A DNA stretch of 60,381 nucleotides. Source: Flavobacteriales bacterium (GTDB lineage: Bacteria > Bacteroidota > Bacteroidia > Flavobacteriales_D > Parvicellaceae). The notes beneath the pieces are model-generated. The model saw only the letters and a list, made by a program, of their open reading frames with translations. It did not search any database and was not told the origin of the DNA. Shown here in pieces: positions 27,331 to 38,448 of the stretch. The first letter of the stretch is position 1, and each line of letters opens with the position of its first letter. The stretch lies in contig JAQWRG010000025.1 of the NCBI GenBank assembly GCA_029243855.1, positions 1 to 60,381 on the forward strand. The letters are read 5' to 3'. The position numbers and the translations under genes are program-made.

Positions 27331-30135
27331 ATGAGCTTGTACAACCATAGGGAAATAGAAAAAAAATGGCAAAAATATTGGGTCAAAAACCAAACGTTTA
27401 AAGCAGAAGAAAAAAGTATAAAACCAAAGTTTTATGTGTTAGATATGTTTCCTTATCCTTCTGGAGCAGGACTTCATGTTGGTCACCCCTTGGGCTATAT
27501 AGCATCAGATATTTACGCTAGATATAAAACATTGACTGGCTATAACGTTCTTCACCCTATGGGCTACGATTCTTTTGGTTTACCAGCTGAACAATACGCC
27601 ATTCAAACAGGACAACACCCTGCAAAAACAACAAAAACAAACATTGAAGGAGGGGAAGATAAAGAAGGAAACAAAATTGCTGGTTATAGAAATCAACTGG
27701 ATAAAATAGGGTTTTCCTTTGATTGGGATAGAGAAATAAGAACATCAGATCCAAGTTATTACAGATGGACACAATGGATTTTTAAGCAAATTTTCAATTC
27801 ATGGTACAACAAATCTTCTGACAAGGCAGAGTCGGTAAAAACATTAGTTGATGTTTTTAAAAAAGAAGGAAATAAACACATAAAAGCAGCAACAAATTTT
27901 GATACCACATTTTCAGCAGAAGAGTGGAACAGTTGGGATGAAAAACAACAACAATCAGTACTTATGAACTACAGGTTAACCTACCTTTCTGAAACATGGG
28001 TTAACTGGTGCCCAGAGCTTGGAACAGTATTAGCCAACGATGAAATAAAAGAAGGACTATCTGAAAGAGGGGGGTATCCTGTTGAGCAAAAAAAAATGAC
28101 ACAATGGAGTATGCGAATTACAGCATATGCAGAAAGGTTGTTAAGGGGATTAAATAATTTAGATTGGACAGACTCAATTAAAGAAATCCAAACCAACTGG
28201 ATAGGGAAGTCCCAAGGAGCATCAGTATTTTTTTCTATTGAAGGTAGTCAAGAAAAAATAGAGGTTTTTACCACAAGGCCTGATACTATTTTTGGTGTTT
28301 CTTTCATGGTGTTAGCACCAGAACACCCATTGGTGTCAATAATTACAACACCTGAGCAAAAAAACAAAATAGAAAAATACCAAGAAAAAGCAGCAGCAAA
28401 ATCTGAAAGAGACAGAATGAGCGAAGTGAAAACAATTTCTGGAGAATTTACAGGAGCATACGCCATTCACCCCTTTAGCGGAAATAAAGTTCAGGTATGG
28501 ATAGGAGACTATGTTTTAGCAAGTTACGGAACAGGCGCTGTTATGGCGGTCCCCTGTGGTGATCAAAGAGATTGGGATTTTGCGAAACACTTTAAAATAG
28601 ACATAATCAACATATTTAAAAATAAAGATATCTCAGCAGGTGCTTACACGGAAAAAGACGCAACAATTACGAACTCTGAATTTTTAAATGATTTACCAGT
28701 TAAAAAAGCAATTAAATCAACAATTTATGAACTGGGTAAACAAAACAAAGGCTTAGGAAAAACACAATTCAAAATAAGGGACGCGGTTTTTTCTAGACAG
28801 CGTTATTGGGGAGAACCATTTCCGGTTTATTATAAAGACGAAACACCCTATTTGATTGAAGAAAATAAGGTGATAGAATTACCAGAGGTTGATAAATACT
28901 TACCAACAGAAGGGGGGGACCCGCCACTAGCCAGAGCGAAAAAAAAATCATGGAACGTTAGCGGCTATGGGGATAGAATGGAATACAACACAATGCCCGG
29001 ATGGGCTGGAAGCAGCTGGTATTTCTTAAGATACCTAGACCCAAAAAACAAAGAGAGTTTTGTTTCTAAAGATAAAATGGAGTATTGGCAAAATGTGGAT
29101 TTGTATATTGGTGGTGCTGAGCACGCAACAGGACATTTATTATACGCAAGGTTTTGGTCAAAAATATTGTTTGATTTAGGACATATTTCTTTTGATGAGC
29201 CTTTTAAAAAGTTAATTAATCAAGGGATGATTCAAGGGAATTCTGCTTTGGTTTATCGAGACAACAATTCAGGAAAGTTTATTTCAAAAGGTAAAATCAA
29301 CAACCAAAAACTAACCCCCATACACGTAGATATTAATTTTTTAAATGGAGATCTACTAGACGTTGATAAATTTAAGAACTGGAGAAAAGAATATAAAAAC
29401 GCAGAATTTATTTTTGAAGAATCAGGAGAGTACATATGTGGAAGGGAAATCGATAAAATGTCTAAATCAAAATATAACGTTCAAACACCAGATGATTTAG
29501 TAGAGAAATATGGAGCCGATACACTTCGTTGTTACGAAATGTTTTTAGGACCACTAGAGCAACATAAACCATGGGATGTACAAGGAATAACCGGTGTCCA
29601 GGGCTTTTTAAAAAAACTATGGAAGCTTTTTCACAAAGATGATGTGTTTTTAGTAATTGATCAAAAACCATCAAGCGAAGAATTAAAAATACTTCACAAA
29701 ACAATAAAAAAAATTAAAGAAGACATAGAAAGATATTCCTTCAATACGCCCGTTTCAGCCTTTATGATTTGTGTTAATGAATTAACAGCATTAAAGTGTA
29801 ACAAAAAACAAATATTAAGCGAGTTATTAATTATTATATCTCCTTATGCTCCTCATATATGTGAAGAACTATGGGGAAAATTAGGAAACAAGCAAAGCAT
29901 AACAAAAGAAACGTTTCCTTCTTTTAATCAGGAATATTTAATTGAAAACAATTATAAATATCCGGTTTCATTTAATGGTAAAATGAGGTTTACGATGGAG
30001 TTACCTATTAATTTATCAAAAGAAGAGGTTGAAAAAGAAATATTTAAAAATGAAAAAACACAAACCTACTTAAAAGGGGTTGAACCCAAGAGAGTAATTG
30101 TTGTGCCTAAAAAGATTGTTAATATAGTTTTTTAA
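27331..30135 (+). CDS. leuS: Leucine--tRNA ligase
   Basis: PYPSGAGLHVGHPLGY (HIGH) and KMSKSKYN (KMSKS). 934 aa. Confidence 0.95.
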   Translation: MSLYNHREIEKKWQKYWVKNQTFKAEEKSIKPKFYVLDMFPYPSGAGLHVGHPLGYIASDIYARYKTLTGYNVLHPMGYDSFGLPAEQYAIQTGQHPAKTTKTNIEGGEDKEGNKIAGYRNQLDKIGFSFDWDREIRTSDPSYYRWTQWIFKQIFNSWYNKSSDKAESVKTLVDVFKKEGNKHIKAATNFDTTFSAEEWNSWDEKQQQSVLMNYRLTYLSETWVNWCPELGTVLANDEIKEGLSERGGYPVEQKKMTQWSMRITAYAERLLRGLNNLDWTDSIKEIQTNWIGKSQGASVFFSIEGSQEKIEVFTTRPDTIFGVSFMVLAPEHPLVSIITTPEQKNKIEKYQEKAAAKSERDRMSEVKTISGEFTGAYAIHPFSGNKVQVWIGDYVLASYGTGAVMAVPCGDQRDWDFAKHFKIDIINIFKNKDISAGAYTEKDATITNSEFLNDLPVKKAIKSTIYELGKQNKGLGKTQFKIRDAVFSRQRYWGEPFPVYYKDETPYLIEENKVIELPEVDKYLPTEGGDPPLARAKKKSWNVSGYGDRMEYNTMPGWAGSSWYFLRYLDPKNKESFVSKDKMEYWQNVDLYIGGAEHATGHLLYARFWSKILFDLGHISFDEPFKKLINQGMIQGNSALVYRDNNSGKFISKGKINNQKLTPIHVDINFLNGDLLDVDKFKNWRKEYKNAEFIFEESGEYICGREIDKMSKSKYNVQTPDDLVEKYGADTLRCYEMFLGPLEQHKPWDVQGITGVQGFLKKLWKLFHKDDVFLVIDQKPSSEELKILHKTIKKIKEDIERYSFNTPVSAFMICVNELTALKCNKKQILSELLIIISPYAPHICEELWGKLGNKQSITKETFPSFNQEYLIENNYKYPVSFNGKMRFTMELPINLSKEEVEKEIFKNEKTQTYLKGVEPKRVIVVPKKIVNIVF

Positions 30136-31472
30136 TAACCAAGCATTTCTTGAGTAAAAACAAAGCTATTTATTTTACAACCCTTTTTGTTTTTAAATGT
30201 AATTTCTAATGCCTTTTTTCCTTCTAAAAGAATAATTTTTCCGCAACCATAATTCTTTTTTAGAATTAACGAATTCTCAACACGATCACCTACATTTTTT
30301 AAATGTTTAGAGAATTTTAAACGATGTTTAGGGCTTGATAGAGGAGAACATGTCAAATCATACAAATCATACCTATAATTCTCTCTCTTTCCAACATATA
30401 TTTCAGAATGATGCCTATCTCCAGAAAAAAACAATACACCGTTTATCTTTTCTTTTTGAATAAAATTTAAAAGGTCTTCCCGCTCTTCTGGAAACTCTCG
30501 ATAGGAATCATGACCGATAAGAGGGTTTATTACCTGGCTAGAACTTACAATAACCTTAAAAATAGCAGAAGAGTTTTTTAAGCTTTCCTTAAGGTCGTTT
30601 AATTGTTGCTTACCCAAATAATCACCTTTCAATACACTTCTATTTGTTCGGGAATCAGTTAGAAAAAAATCCACCTCTTTATTTTTTACAACGATGGAAA
30701 CATCTTTATTATTAATGCCTGTTGGATTAACCCAAAAATTTTTAAAAGCTAGTGTAGTTAATGGTGCATTTATATAGTCTCCTTCACAATTATTAGGACC
30801 AAAATCATGATCATCCCACGTTGCGTAATGTTTTATTCCTGATGAAAGAAAAGAGGACAAATCTTTATTTGTTCTTATTCCAATATATCTGTTATAAATA
30901 CGCTTTAAGTTTTTTAAATCATAATAAGGCATCAAATATATATTATCACCCATCCAAATCATTTTATCAACCTGCTCTTTTTGCATTGAACGATATATTT
31001 TAGTTGTGTTCCAAGCTCTATAGCCTTTTGCTAGGCCATCAGCAATAAAAGCACAAGAGCCAAATAAGAAGTCGTTGTTTCTTGCCTTAATTCTATAGGA
31101 ATAAGCTTCGCTTTTCTTTTTAGAAAGCCTTATAGAAAAAGAAACGGTTGAAACGTTAGGGTGAGTAAAAAACAACTTATAAGCTTTGTGTTTTTTAAAA
31201 AGCATAGCCATATTGGTATCTGGCATTATCGTACAATCAACACCAACATCTAATTTACCAAGAGTAAGAGAGTCAGCATTTTTTGTCATTAACCAAAAGA
31301 CAGCATTACTATCTGTGCATTCACCTAATAAAGGACCGCTAACAATCTTTTGCGAAAAAGAAAAAGATGAAAAAAAGATGAAAAAAAAGCTAATTTTTAT
31401 TTTTATGGAGCTTAAATAAGGCTTTAAAGTTAACATCCTCATCACGAACAATTTTCTTGTAAAATACAACAA
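30132..31472 (-). CDS. PhoD-like alkaline phosphatase / metallophosphatase (exported)
   Basis: WDDHDFGPNN and FFSGDRHHSEIY motifs. Hydrophobic leader ISFFFIFFSSFSFSQ. The annotated start overlaps lspA by 83 nt, so the start is uncertain. Confidence 0.75.
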   Translation of the reverse strand: MLYFTRKLFVMRMLTLKPYLSSIKIKISFFFIFFSSFSFSQKIVSGPLLGECTDSNAVFWLMTKNADSLTLGKLDVGVDCTIMPDTNMAMLFKKHKAYKLFFTHPNVSTVSFSIRLSKKKSEAYSYRIKARNNDFLFGSCAFIADGLAKGYRAWNTTKIYRSMQKEQVDKMIWMGDNIYLMPYYDLKNLKRIYNRYIGIRTNKDLSSFLSSGIKHYATWDDHDFGPNNCEGDYINAPLTTLAFKNFWVNPTGINNKDVSIVVKNKEVDFFLTDSRTNRSVLKGDYLGKQQLNDLKESLKNSSAIFKVIVSSSQVINPLIGHDSYREFPEEREDLLNFIQKEKINGVLFFSGDRHHSEIYVGKRENYRYDLYDLTCSPLSSPKHRLKFSKHLKNVGDRVENSLILKKNYGCGKIILLEGKKALEITFKNKKGCKINSFVFTQEMLGY

Positions 31473-32088
31473 TTACCCCAACACTAAAAGAAATGGCAAA
31501 ATCAGCAACATTAAAAACAGGAGGAAACACCTCACCCTTTAAACCAAAAGGAGCCCAATCAGGCCAATTAAACTTAAAATGTATCATATCCACCACACAA
31601 CCCTCCAAAACCCCAGCATACCCGCTGAAATTAACCCCAGCAACACCATTATAGCCAACCCAGTGACCAATCAAAGGGTCCCAAGTTGTGCCGAGATTAA
31701 AAATTAACCCATAACACACACTATCTAAAATATTTCCAAGAGCCCCAGAAAAAATTAAAGAAACACAACCGATAAAAACAACATGAGTTTTAAGACGTAT
31801 TAATTTTAATAAATACCAACCTATAGCAAAAACAGCCGCGATTCGAAATAAACTAAGCAGGTATTTTCCATATAGGTTTCCAAAAGAAAAACCAAAAGCC
31901 ATTCCAGGGTTTTCAATAAAATCAAGATGGATAAAACCAAAGCTACCTATAGACGAGTTTAAACCATAGTGAGATTTCACCCAAATTTTGGAAAATTGAT
32001 CTATAAATAGAACAGTAAGGATAAGAAAAAAAGAAAGTTTTTTTCTAGACAAAACAGATAAATTAACCTTCAGCTTTTTTAGCTTCAA
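31390..32088 (-). CDS. lspA: Lipoprotein signal peptidase II
   Basis: IENPGMAFG and FNVADFAIS motifs. Classic position downstream of ileS. Confidence 0.85.
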   Translation of the reverse strand: MKLKKLKVNLSVLSRKKLSFFLILTVLFIDQFSKIWVKSHYGLNSSIGSFGFIHLDFIENPGMAFGFSFGNLYGKYLLSLFRIAAVFAIGWYLLKLIRLKTHVVFIGCVSLIFSGALGNILDSVCYGLIFNLGTTWDPLIGHWVGYNGVAGVNFSGYAGVLEGCVVDMIHFKFNWPDWAPFGLKGEVFPPVFNVADFAISFSVGVIVVFYKKIVRDEDVNFKALFKLHKNKN

Positions 32089-32443
32089 TGCTTAATGTTG
32101 CATGGGGAACAAGCTTTAATCTTTCTTTACTAATAAGCTTTCCTGTTTTTCTACAAACACCATAGGTTTTATTATTAATCCTAATTAAAGCGTTTTCAAG
32201 GTTTTTTATAAATTTTTCAGAACGAGCCGCCAATTGAGCGTTTTCTTCTCTCATTAAGGTTTCAGCACCATCTTCCATCATATTAAAAGAACGACCAGTA
32301 TCGTCTGTTCCATGATCATCTTTATGAGATAAAGAACCTTTAAGAATTAATAAATCTTCCCTAGACTCAACTAGTTTGCTTTCAATAATTTCGCGAAACT
32401 CATTAAGTTCAGCGTCACCATATCTATTTTTTACTTTATTCAT
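32063..32443 (-). CDS. DksA/TraR-family zinc-finger-type regulator
   Basis: Coiled-coil N-terminal part and C-terminal YGVCRKTGKLISKERLKLVPHATL (reduced-Cys variant). 126 aa. Confidence 0.7.
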   Translation of the reverse strand: MNKVKNRYGDAELNEFREIIESKLVESREDLLILKGSLSHKDDHGTDDTGRSFNMMEDGAETLMREENAQLAARSEKFIKNLENALIRINNKTYGVCRKTGKLISKERLKLVPHATLSIEAKKAEG

Positions 32444-32452
32444 TTTGTAATA

Positions 32453-35400
32453 TTATACTTTAATAATTGAAAATTGAGCACTTTCTTTATTGTCATCAAC
32501 ACGATGTGCGTTTTCTAACTCATCAACAAAAACCAGCTCTTTTGTTAGAGTTTCAGAACAAATATAATTTAAATTGTTATTAATTGCAGACTTAAATTCA
32601 CTGTTAGATAAAATTTTAATTTCGATATTATCCGTGACATTTAAATCTAAGTCTTTTCTTATGTTTTGAATCTTATTTACAAAATCCCTAGCAAGGCCCT
32701 CTTCTTTTAATTCTTTACTTATACTAACATCCAAAGCAATTGTGATATCACCTGAAGAAGCTATTTTCCAACCAGGTATATCGGTTGTAATAATTTCAAC
32801 ATCAAGAGTGTTTAAAACAATATTTTCCCCATCTAACTCAAAAGAGACACCTTTTTCATTTTCAAATGAAGAAATTTCTTCATTTGACCAACTAGAAATA
32901 ACTTTTGCAATTGATTTCATATATCGACCATATTTTGGTCCAATGGTTTTAAAATTTGGCTTTGCTTGTTTTTTTAACATGTTGTTGTCTGAGTTTAAAA
33001 CCGAAAGCTCTTTGACATTAACCTCGCTCAAAACAAGGCTGCTCACGTCTGCAATTGCGTTGTCAAAATCCTTACCATTTGAAGGAACTAATACCTTACT
33101 TAACGGTTGACGAACCTTAAGCTTCTCTTTTTTTCTTAAACTTAACACTAAAGAGGTTATTTGTTGACCTAAGCCCATTTTTTTCTCCAACAACAAATCA
33201 ATGTCGTTCTTATTAACTAAAGGGAAATCTGCTAAATGAACAGAAGCATCATCGTTGTCAACAGATTTAATCAAGTCGTTGTATAATAAGTCCGAATAAA
33301 AAGGCGCAATAGGAGCGCTTAACAGCGCAATTGTTTTTAAGCAGGTATACAACGTTTGATAAGCAGCAAGCTTATCATCATTAACTTCTCCTTTCCAGAA
33401 ACGCTTTCTGCACAAACGCACATACCAATTACTCAAATCATCCACAGTAAACTCCTGAATTAGTCTTCCTGCTTTTGTTGGCTCATAGTTAGAATAACAC
33501 TTATCAACATCAACAATTAAAGAGTTTAACTTGGAGATAATCCAACGATCAATTTCTGGCCTTAAATCAACATCAATAAAAGAGTTGTTAAAATCAAAAT
33601 TATCTAAGTTCGCATACAAACAAAAGAAGCTATAAGTGTTATGAAGGGTTCCAAAAAACTTTCTTTTCACCTCATTTATTCCTTCTAAATCAAATTTTAA
33701 ATTATCCCATGGCTGAGCATTAGTAATCATATACCACCTTGTTGCGTCAGCACCAAATTTTTCAAGTGTTTCAAAAGGGTCAATTCCATTCCCTAGTCTT
33801 TTAGACATTTTTTGTCCATTTTTATCCAAAACAAGACCATTAGAAACAACATTTTTATAAGCAACACTATCAAACGCAAATGTAGAAATAGCATGAAGCG
33901 TGTAAAACCAACCCCTTGTTTGATCAACCCCTTCAGCAATAAAATTAGCAGGAAAAAACCTACCGCTTTCTATAAGGTTTTTATTTTCAAAAGGATAATG
34001 CCATTGTGCATAAGGCATAGATCCAGAATCAAACCAAACATCAATTAAATCCTGTTCTCTATACATAGGCTCTCCAGAATCAGAGCAAAGAATTAAATCA
34101 TCAACAAAATGACGATGTAAATCAATAGTATTGTAATTCTTTTTTGAAAAATCATTAGGGCTAAAAGAATCAAGTGGATTTACTTTCATTATTCCTTTTT
34201 CAACAGAAAATGCGACAGCAAGTTTAAGTTCTTCAATGGAAGAGATACAAATGGATTTTTTACCATCTTCTGTTCTCCAAATAGGAATAGGAATTCCCCA
34301 AAAACGAGACCTAGACAAGTTCCAATCGTTGGCGTTTTCTAACCAATTACCAAATCGACCAGTTCCGGTTGATTTAGGCTTCCAGTTGATCTCTTTATTA
34401 AGCTCAACCATTCTATTTTTAAATGAGCTAACTTTTATAAACCACGAATCAAGTGGATAATACAATATTGGCTTATCTGTTCTCCAACAATGAGGATAGC
34501 TGTGCTCATATTTTTCAACCCTAAAAGCTTTGTTTTGTTCTTTTAATTGAATGGCCAATTCAACATCTACGCTTTTTTCAGGAACAGCGTCTTTGTTGTA
34601 GAATTCATTTTTAACATATTTACCAGCATGTTCTAGCATTTCCTTTCTAAAACAACCTTTTAAATCAACTAAAGGAACAAGCTGTTCATTTTCATCCTCA
34701 ACTAAAAGACCAGGAATTCCTACATTTTGTGCTGCTTTATAATCATCTGCTCCAAAAGTTGGGGCAATATGAACTATTCCAGTTCCGTCTTCAACAGACA
34801 CAAAGTCTGCATGTATAATTTGAAAGGCTTTTTCTGGGTTTTCTGCGGGAAGAGCATAAGGCATTAATTGATGGTATTTTAGCCCAACCAATTCAGACCC
34901 TTTAATTGATTTTATAATGTTGTATGGTATTTTTTTATCCTCTTTTGAGAAGGAACCATTCGAGCCTTCGTAATAAACACCACCAAACAAAGAGGAAACA
35001 AGTTTTTTTGCTACAACAACATTAATAGGCAAGTAAGTGTACTGATTGAAAGTTTCTATTAAGACATAGTCAATAGTTGAATTAACAGCTAAAGCGGTAT
35101 TTGAGGGAAGTGTCCAAGGAGTGGTTGTCCAAGCAAGTAACATCACATCGTCTTTTTCTGTAAAAGGAAATTTTAAGGAACCAGTGTCCAATGAAAACTG
35201 AGCTATTACAGATGTGTCTTTTACGGTTTTATAACAACCAGGCTGATTTAACTCATGAGAGCTGAGTCCAGTACCCGCTTTTGGAGAATAAGGTTGAATG
35301 GTATAGCCTTTATAAATTAAGTCTTTCTTATAAGCTTGACCCAAAAGCCACCAAACAGACTCTATATATTTATTTTCATAAGTAATGTATGGATTATCAG

Positions 35401-35836
35401 TATCAACCCAATAACCCATTTTATGGGTTAAGTCGTTCCAAACATCAGTGTATTTCATAACAGCTTTTTTACAAGCGTTGTTGTATTCTTCAATGGTGAG
35501 CTTTTTTCCTATGTCTTCTTTTGTAATACCTAATTCCTTTTCAACACCCAGCTCAACAGGCAAACCATGAGTATCCCACCCTGCTTTTCTATTAACTTTA
35601 AACCCTTTAAGGGTTTTATACCTACAAAAAACATCCTTAATGGTTCTTGCCATTACGTGATGAATTCCAGGAAGACCATTCGAAGATGGGGGGCCCTCAT
35701 AAAAGACAAAAGAATTTTCATCAGCTCTTTTTTCAACACTCTTTTTAAAGGTGTTTTCTTTATTCCATTTATCTTGAATATGCTTGGCAACTTCAGATAA
35801 ATTCACATTTTTTCTTTCACGAAATTTTATAGACAT
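32453..35836 (-). CDS. ileS: Isoleucine--tRNA ligase (long, type 2 form)
   Basis: PPSSNGLPGIHHVMART (HIGH-type) and KMSKRLGN (KMSKS). 1127 aa. Confidence 0.95.
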   Translation of the reverse strand: MSIKFRERKNVNLSEVAKHIQDKWNKENTFKKSVEKRADENSFVFYEGPPSSNGLPGIHHVMARTIKDVFCRYKTLKGFKVNRKAGWDTHGLPVELGVEKELGITKEDIGKKLTIEEYNNACKKAVMKYTDVWNDLTHKMGYWVDTDNPYITYENKYIESVWWLLGQAYKKDLIYKGYTIQPYSPKAGTGLSSHELNQPGCYKTVKDTSVIAQFSLDTGSLKFPFTEKDDVMLLAWTTTPWTLPSNTALAVNSTIDYVLIETFNQYTYLPINVVVAKKLVSSLFGGVYYEGSNGSFSKEDKKIPYNIIKSIKGSELVGLKYHQLMPYALPAENPEKAFQIIHADFVSVEDGTGIVHIAPTFGADDYKAAQNVGIPGLLVEDENEQLVPLVDLKGCFRKEMLEHAGKYVKNEFYNKDAVPEKSVDVELAIQLKEQNKAFRVEKYEHSYPHCWRTDKPILYYPLDSWFIKVSSFKNRMVELNKEINWKPKSTGTGRFGNWLENANDWNLSRSRFWGIPIPIWRTEDGKKSICISSIEELKLAVAFSVEKGIMKVNPLDSFSPNDFSKKNYNTIDLHRHFVDDLILCSDSGEPMYREQDLIDVWFDSGSMPYAQWHYPFENKNLIESGRFFPANFIAEGVDQTRGWFYTLHAISTFAFDSVAYKNVVSNGLVLDKNGQKMSKRLGNGIDPFETLEKFGADATRWYMITNAQPWDNLKFDLEGINEVKRKFFGTLHNTYSFFCLYANLDNFDFNNSFIDVDLRPEIDRWIISKLNSLIVDVDKCYSNYEPTKAGRLIQEFTVDDLSNWYVRLCRKRFWKGEVNDDKLAAYQTLYTCLKTIALLSAPIAPFYSDLLYNDLIKSVDNDDASVHLADFPLVNKNDIDLLLEKKMGLGQQITSLVLSLRKKEKLKVRQPLSKVLVPSNGKDFDNAIADVSSLVLSEVNVKELSVLNSDNNMLKKQAKPNFKTIGPKYGRYMKSIAKVISSWSNEEISSFENEKGVSFELDGENIVLNTLDVEIITTDIPGWKIASSGDITIALDVSISKELKEEGLARDFVNKIQNIRKDLDLNVTDNIEIKILSNSEFKSAINNNLNYICSETLTKELVFVDELENAHRVDDNKESAQFSIIKV

Positions 35837-35839
35837 AAT

Positions 35840-36892
35840 TTAATCTCTTCTTTTTTTATTAAAAGCATCACGTAAATCAACTTTTTTATGACTATGATAC
35901 ATTTTTCTTTTTTCAGCGCCAGCACGGAGTTTTTTCTGTTCTTCTTCAGGCAATGAAATTATATCTAAACACGAAGGAGAGCAACAACCAGAGTGTTTTT
36001 TAGCACAATCACTACATTGAATAAACAATAAATTACAATGTAAGTTTTTACAGTTTACATGATAATCACAAGGCTTTCCACATTGATGACAGTTACTAAT
36101 TACATCGTCTGAAATTCTTTCTGATAAACGGTCGTCAAAAACAAAGTTTTTACCTAAAAATTTATTATTTAAATCTACATTACTTTGAACCTGATGGGAA
36201 TAATTAATTATTCCCCCGTGAAGTTGATTAACATCATTAAAACCAAAATGTTTAAGGTAAGAGGAGGCTTTTTCACACCTTATTCCACCTGTACAATAAA
36301 GAAGAACTTTTTCATCTTCCTTGCCTTTTAATATGTCTTTAACCATAGGAAGCTCTTCCCTAAAGGTTTCAGCTTCAGGACAAATAGCATTTTCAAAGTG
36401 TCCAATTTCACTTTCATAATGGTTTCTCATATCAACAACAATAGCCCCATCAGCCATAGCTTTATTCCATTCCGAAGCATTTAAATGTCGACCAATGTCT
36501 GTAACATCATATTCATTTTCTTTTAACCCGTCAGCCACAATTTGTTTTTTCACCTTGACGGTAAGTTTATAAAAAGACACTTTAGGCTCTTCAATGGCAA
36601 TTTTAAAAGGAAGATTCTTAAAGGCATCATAATTATTAAGATGTTTTTTAAAAGCATCTAGAAAATGTTCAGGCACACACAGTTGAGCATTAATACCCTC
36701 TTTAGCAATGTATATTCTTCCCAAAACCCCCCAAGCTTCCCAAATAAAAAACAAATCATCTCTAACTTTTTTAGGGTCATTTATTTTAATATATCTGTAA
36801 AAAGAAAGAGTTACGCGAGCAAAGTTTTCTTCACGTATTTTCTCTTCGGCAGCAGAGCGGTTTAGTTTATTAAATGGAAATTTAATGCTCAT
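35840..36892 (-). CDS. trhO: Rhodanese-domain tRNA uridine(34) hydroxylase (UPF0176/YceA family)
   Basis: LYCTGGIRCEKAS rhodanese active-site loop. Cys-rich C-terminal tail CHQCGKPCDYHVNCKN..C. Confidence 0.8.
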   Translation of the reverse strand: MSIKFPFNKLNRSAAEEKIREENFARVTLSFYRYIKINDPKKVRDDLFFIWEAWGVLGRIYIAKEGINAQLCVPEHFLDAFKKHLNNYDAFKNLPFKIAIEEPKVSFYKLTVKVKKQIVADGLKENEYDVTDIGRHLNASEWNKAMADGAIVVDMRNHYESEIGHFENAICPEAETFREELPMVKDILKGKEDEKVLLYCTGGIRCEKASSYLKHFGFNDVNQLHGGIINYSHQVQSNVDLNNKFLGKNFVFDDRLSERISDDVISNCHQCGKPCDYHVNCKNLHCNLLFIQCSDCAKKHSGCCSPSCLDIISLPEEEQKKLRAGAEKRKMYHSHKKVDLRDAFNKKRRD

Positions 36893-36897
36893 TATTA

Positions 36898-37596
36898 ATG
36901 TTTAAGAGTGCAAAAATAAAAAAAGAACCTTCATTTCAGTACATTTACCCAAAAGCAAACAGTTTAATCCATATTTTGATATTATTAGAGCGAACAATTA
37001 CAGAGCAGTTTTGGCTTCTTATTCCTGTTGCTGCAGCAATATTAATTTTTTCTAAAATCAAACGAAACAACCCAGTAATATTGAAAGCAACCATACTTTC
37101 ACACTTTAGTAAGTCACAATTCAAACAAATAGAAAATAACAAATCAGATCAAAATTTTATTTTGTTGTATTGGATATCAATCTTTTTTCATGGTGCTTAT
37201 TTGCATACCGCTTTTTTTATTGAAAAAGAATCTTCCTTTTTAATTTACATATTAGTTGCCGGATTGATTTTATTTAAAAATATTGTGTTAACCTTTTCTG
37301 GCTGGTTGTTTGAGCAAAAAGAACTTTTTAAAAGATACGTTAACTCTCACCAAACAACCGTAATAATACAAGGATTAATAATTTTACCAATAGCAATTCT
37401 AAATATTATATATCAGGACACGCTCTTTATGGTTAATAAAGCAGCAATATCACTGATTTTATTGTTCTTAATATATAAGATTAGCACCTATGTTTTGGAA
37501 GCTAGAGCTCAAAAGATTTCATTTTTTCATTTATTTTCATACATTTGCACCCTTGAAATTCTACCTTGGGCGGCTATTATAGCTTTTATTTTATAA
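36898..37596 (+). CDS. Polytopic membrane protein (DUF4271-like, typically precedes hemD in Bacteroidota)
   Basis: About 6 hydrophobic segments. Position immediately upstream of hemD. Family name is from memory only. Confidence 0.45.
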   Translation: MFKSAKIKKEPSFQYIYPKANSLIHILILLERTITEQFWLLIPVAAAILIFSKIKRNNPVILKATILSHFSKSQFKQIENNKSDQNFILLYWISIFFHGAYLHTAFFIEKESSFLIYILVAGLILFKNIVLTFSGWLFEQKELFKRYVNSHQTTVIIQGLIILPIAILNIIYQDTLFMVNKAAISLILLFLIYKISTYVLEARAQKISFFHLFSYICTLEILPWAAIIAFIL

Positions 37597-37644
37597 ACAC
37601 CCCCCGGGTATTATAAGTTTATAATAAAGAAAAAAGCGTAGATT

Positions 37645-38388
37645 GTGAGTATAAAATCAATTCTTGTTTCTCAACCAGAGCCCAAAACAGATAAAAATCC
37701 ATTTAGCGATTTAGCAGATAGATTTAATTTACAAGTTGACTATAGATCTTTTATTCATGTAGAAGGTGTAGACCCACAAGATTTTAGACAACAAAGAGTA
37801 AATTTAGCCAGCTATACAGCAGTTATTTTCACATCAAGAATGGCAATAGACCATTACTTTAGAATTGCTAAAGAAACGAGATTTGTTGTTCCTGATGATA
37901 TGAAATACTTTTGTGTTTCAGAAGCGGTTGCTTATTATCTTCAAAATTATGTTGTTTACAGAAAAAGAAAAATATTTTTCGGCAAACAAACCTTCCAAGA
38001 TTTAATGCAGCTTGTTGTTAAGCACAAAACGGAAAAATTCATTGTTCCGTGTTCTGACATTCAAAGAAAAAACATTCCTGAACAGCTTGAAAAAAACAAC
38101 ATAGAGTATCAAAACGCAACACTTTATAAAACTGTATGTAGCGATTTATCTGATTTAGAAGAAGTTAAATACGACATGTTGGTTTTTTATAGCCCATCTG
38201 GAATCCAATCACTGATAAAGAATTTCCCAGGGTTTAAGCAAAATGGAACAAAAATTGCAGCATTTGGCCCAACAACAGCAATGGCGGCAAAACAAGCGGG
38301 CTTAAGGATTGATATTCAAGCACCAACACCAGGATTACCGTCAATGACTATGGCAATAGAGAACTTTATAAAAGTTGGTAAAAAGTAA
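37645..38388 (+). CDS. hemD: Uroporphyrinogen-III synthase
   Basis: GTG start. 247 aa with a duplicated flavodoxin-like half pattern (ILVSQPEP..., VIFTSRMA, LVFYSPSGIQSL, AAFGPTTA). Confidence 0.7.
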   Translation: MSIKSILVSQPEPKTDKNPFSDLADRFNLQVDYRSFIHVEGVDPQDFRQQRVNLASYTAVIFTSRMAIDHYFRIAKETRFVVPDDMKYFCVSEAVAYYLQNYVVYRKRKIFFGKQTFQDLMQLVVKHKTEKFIVPCSDIQRKNIPEQLEKNNIEYQNATLYKTVCSDLSDLEEVKYDMLVFYSPSGIQSLIKNFPGFKQNGTKIAAFGPTTAMAAKQAGLRIDIQAPTPGLPSMTMAIENFIKVGKK

Positions 38389-38448
38389 GATACTGGTTTA
38401 TTAAATCACTATTATAGCTTTGTTTTACTTATTATCAAAACAAAGAAA

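Noticed and set aside
38418-38445. Hairpin CTTTGTTTT(10 nt)AAAACAAAG between hemD and rnpA
   Set aside because: The 9-bp stem has only two G:C pairs, the loop is large and no U-tract follows on the transcribed strand. Too weak to call a terminator or regulatory element.
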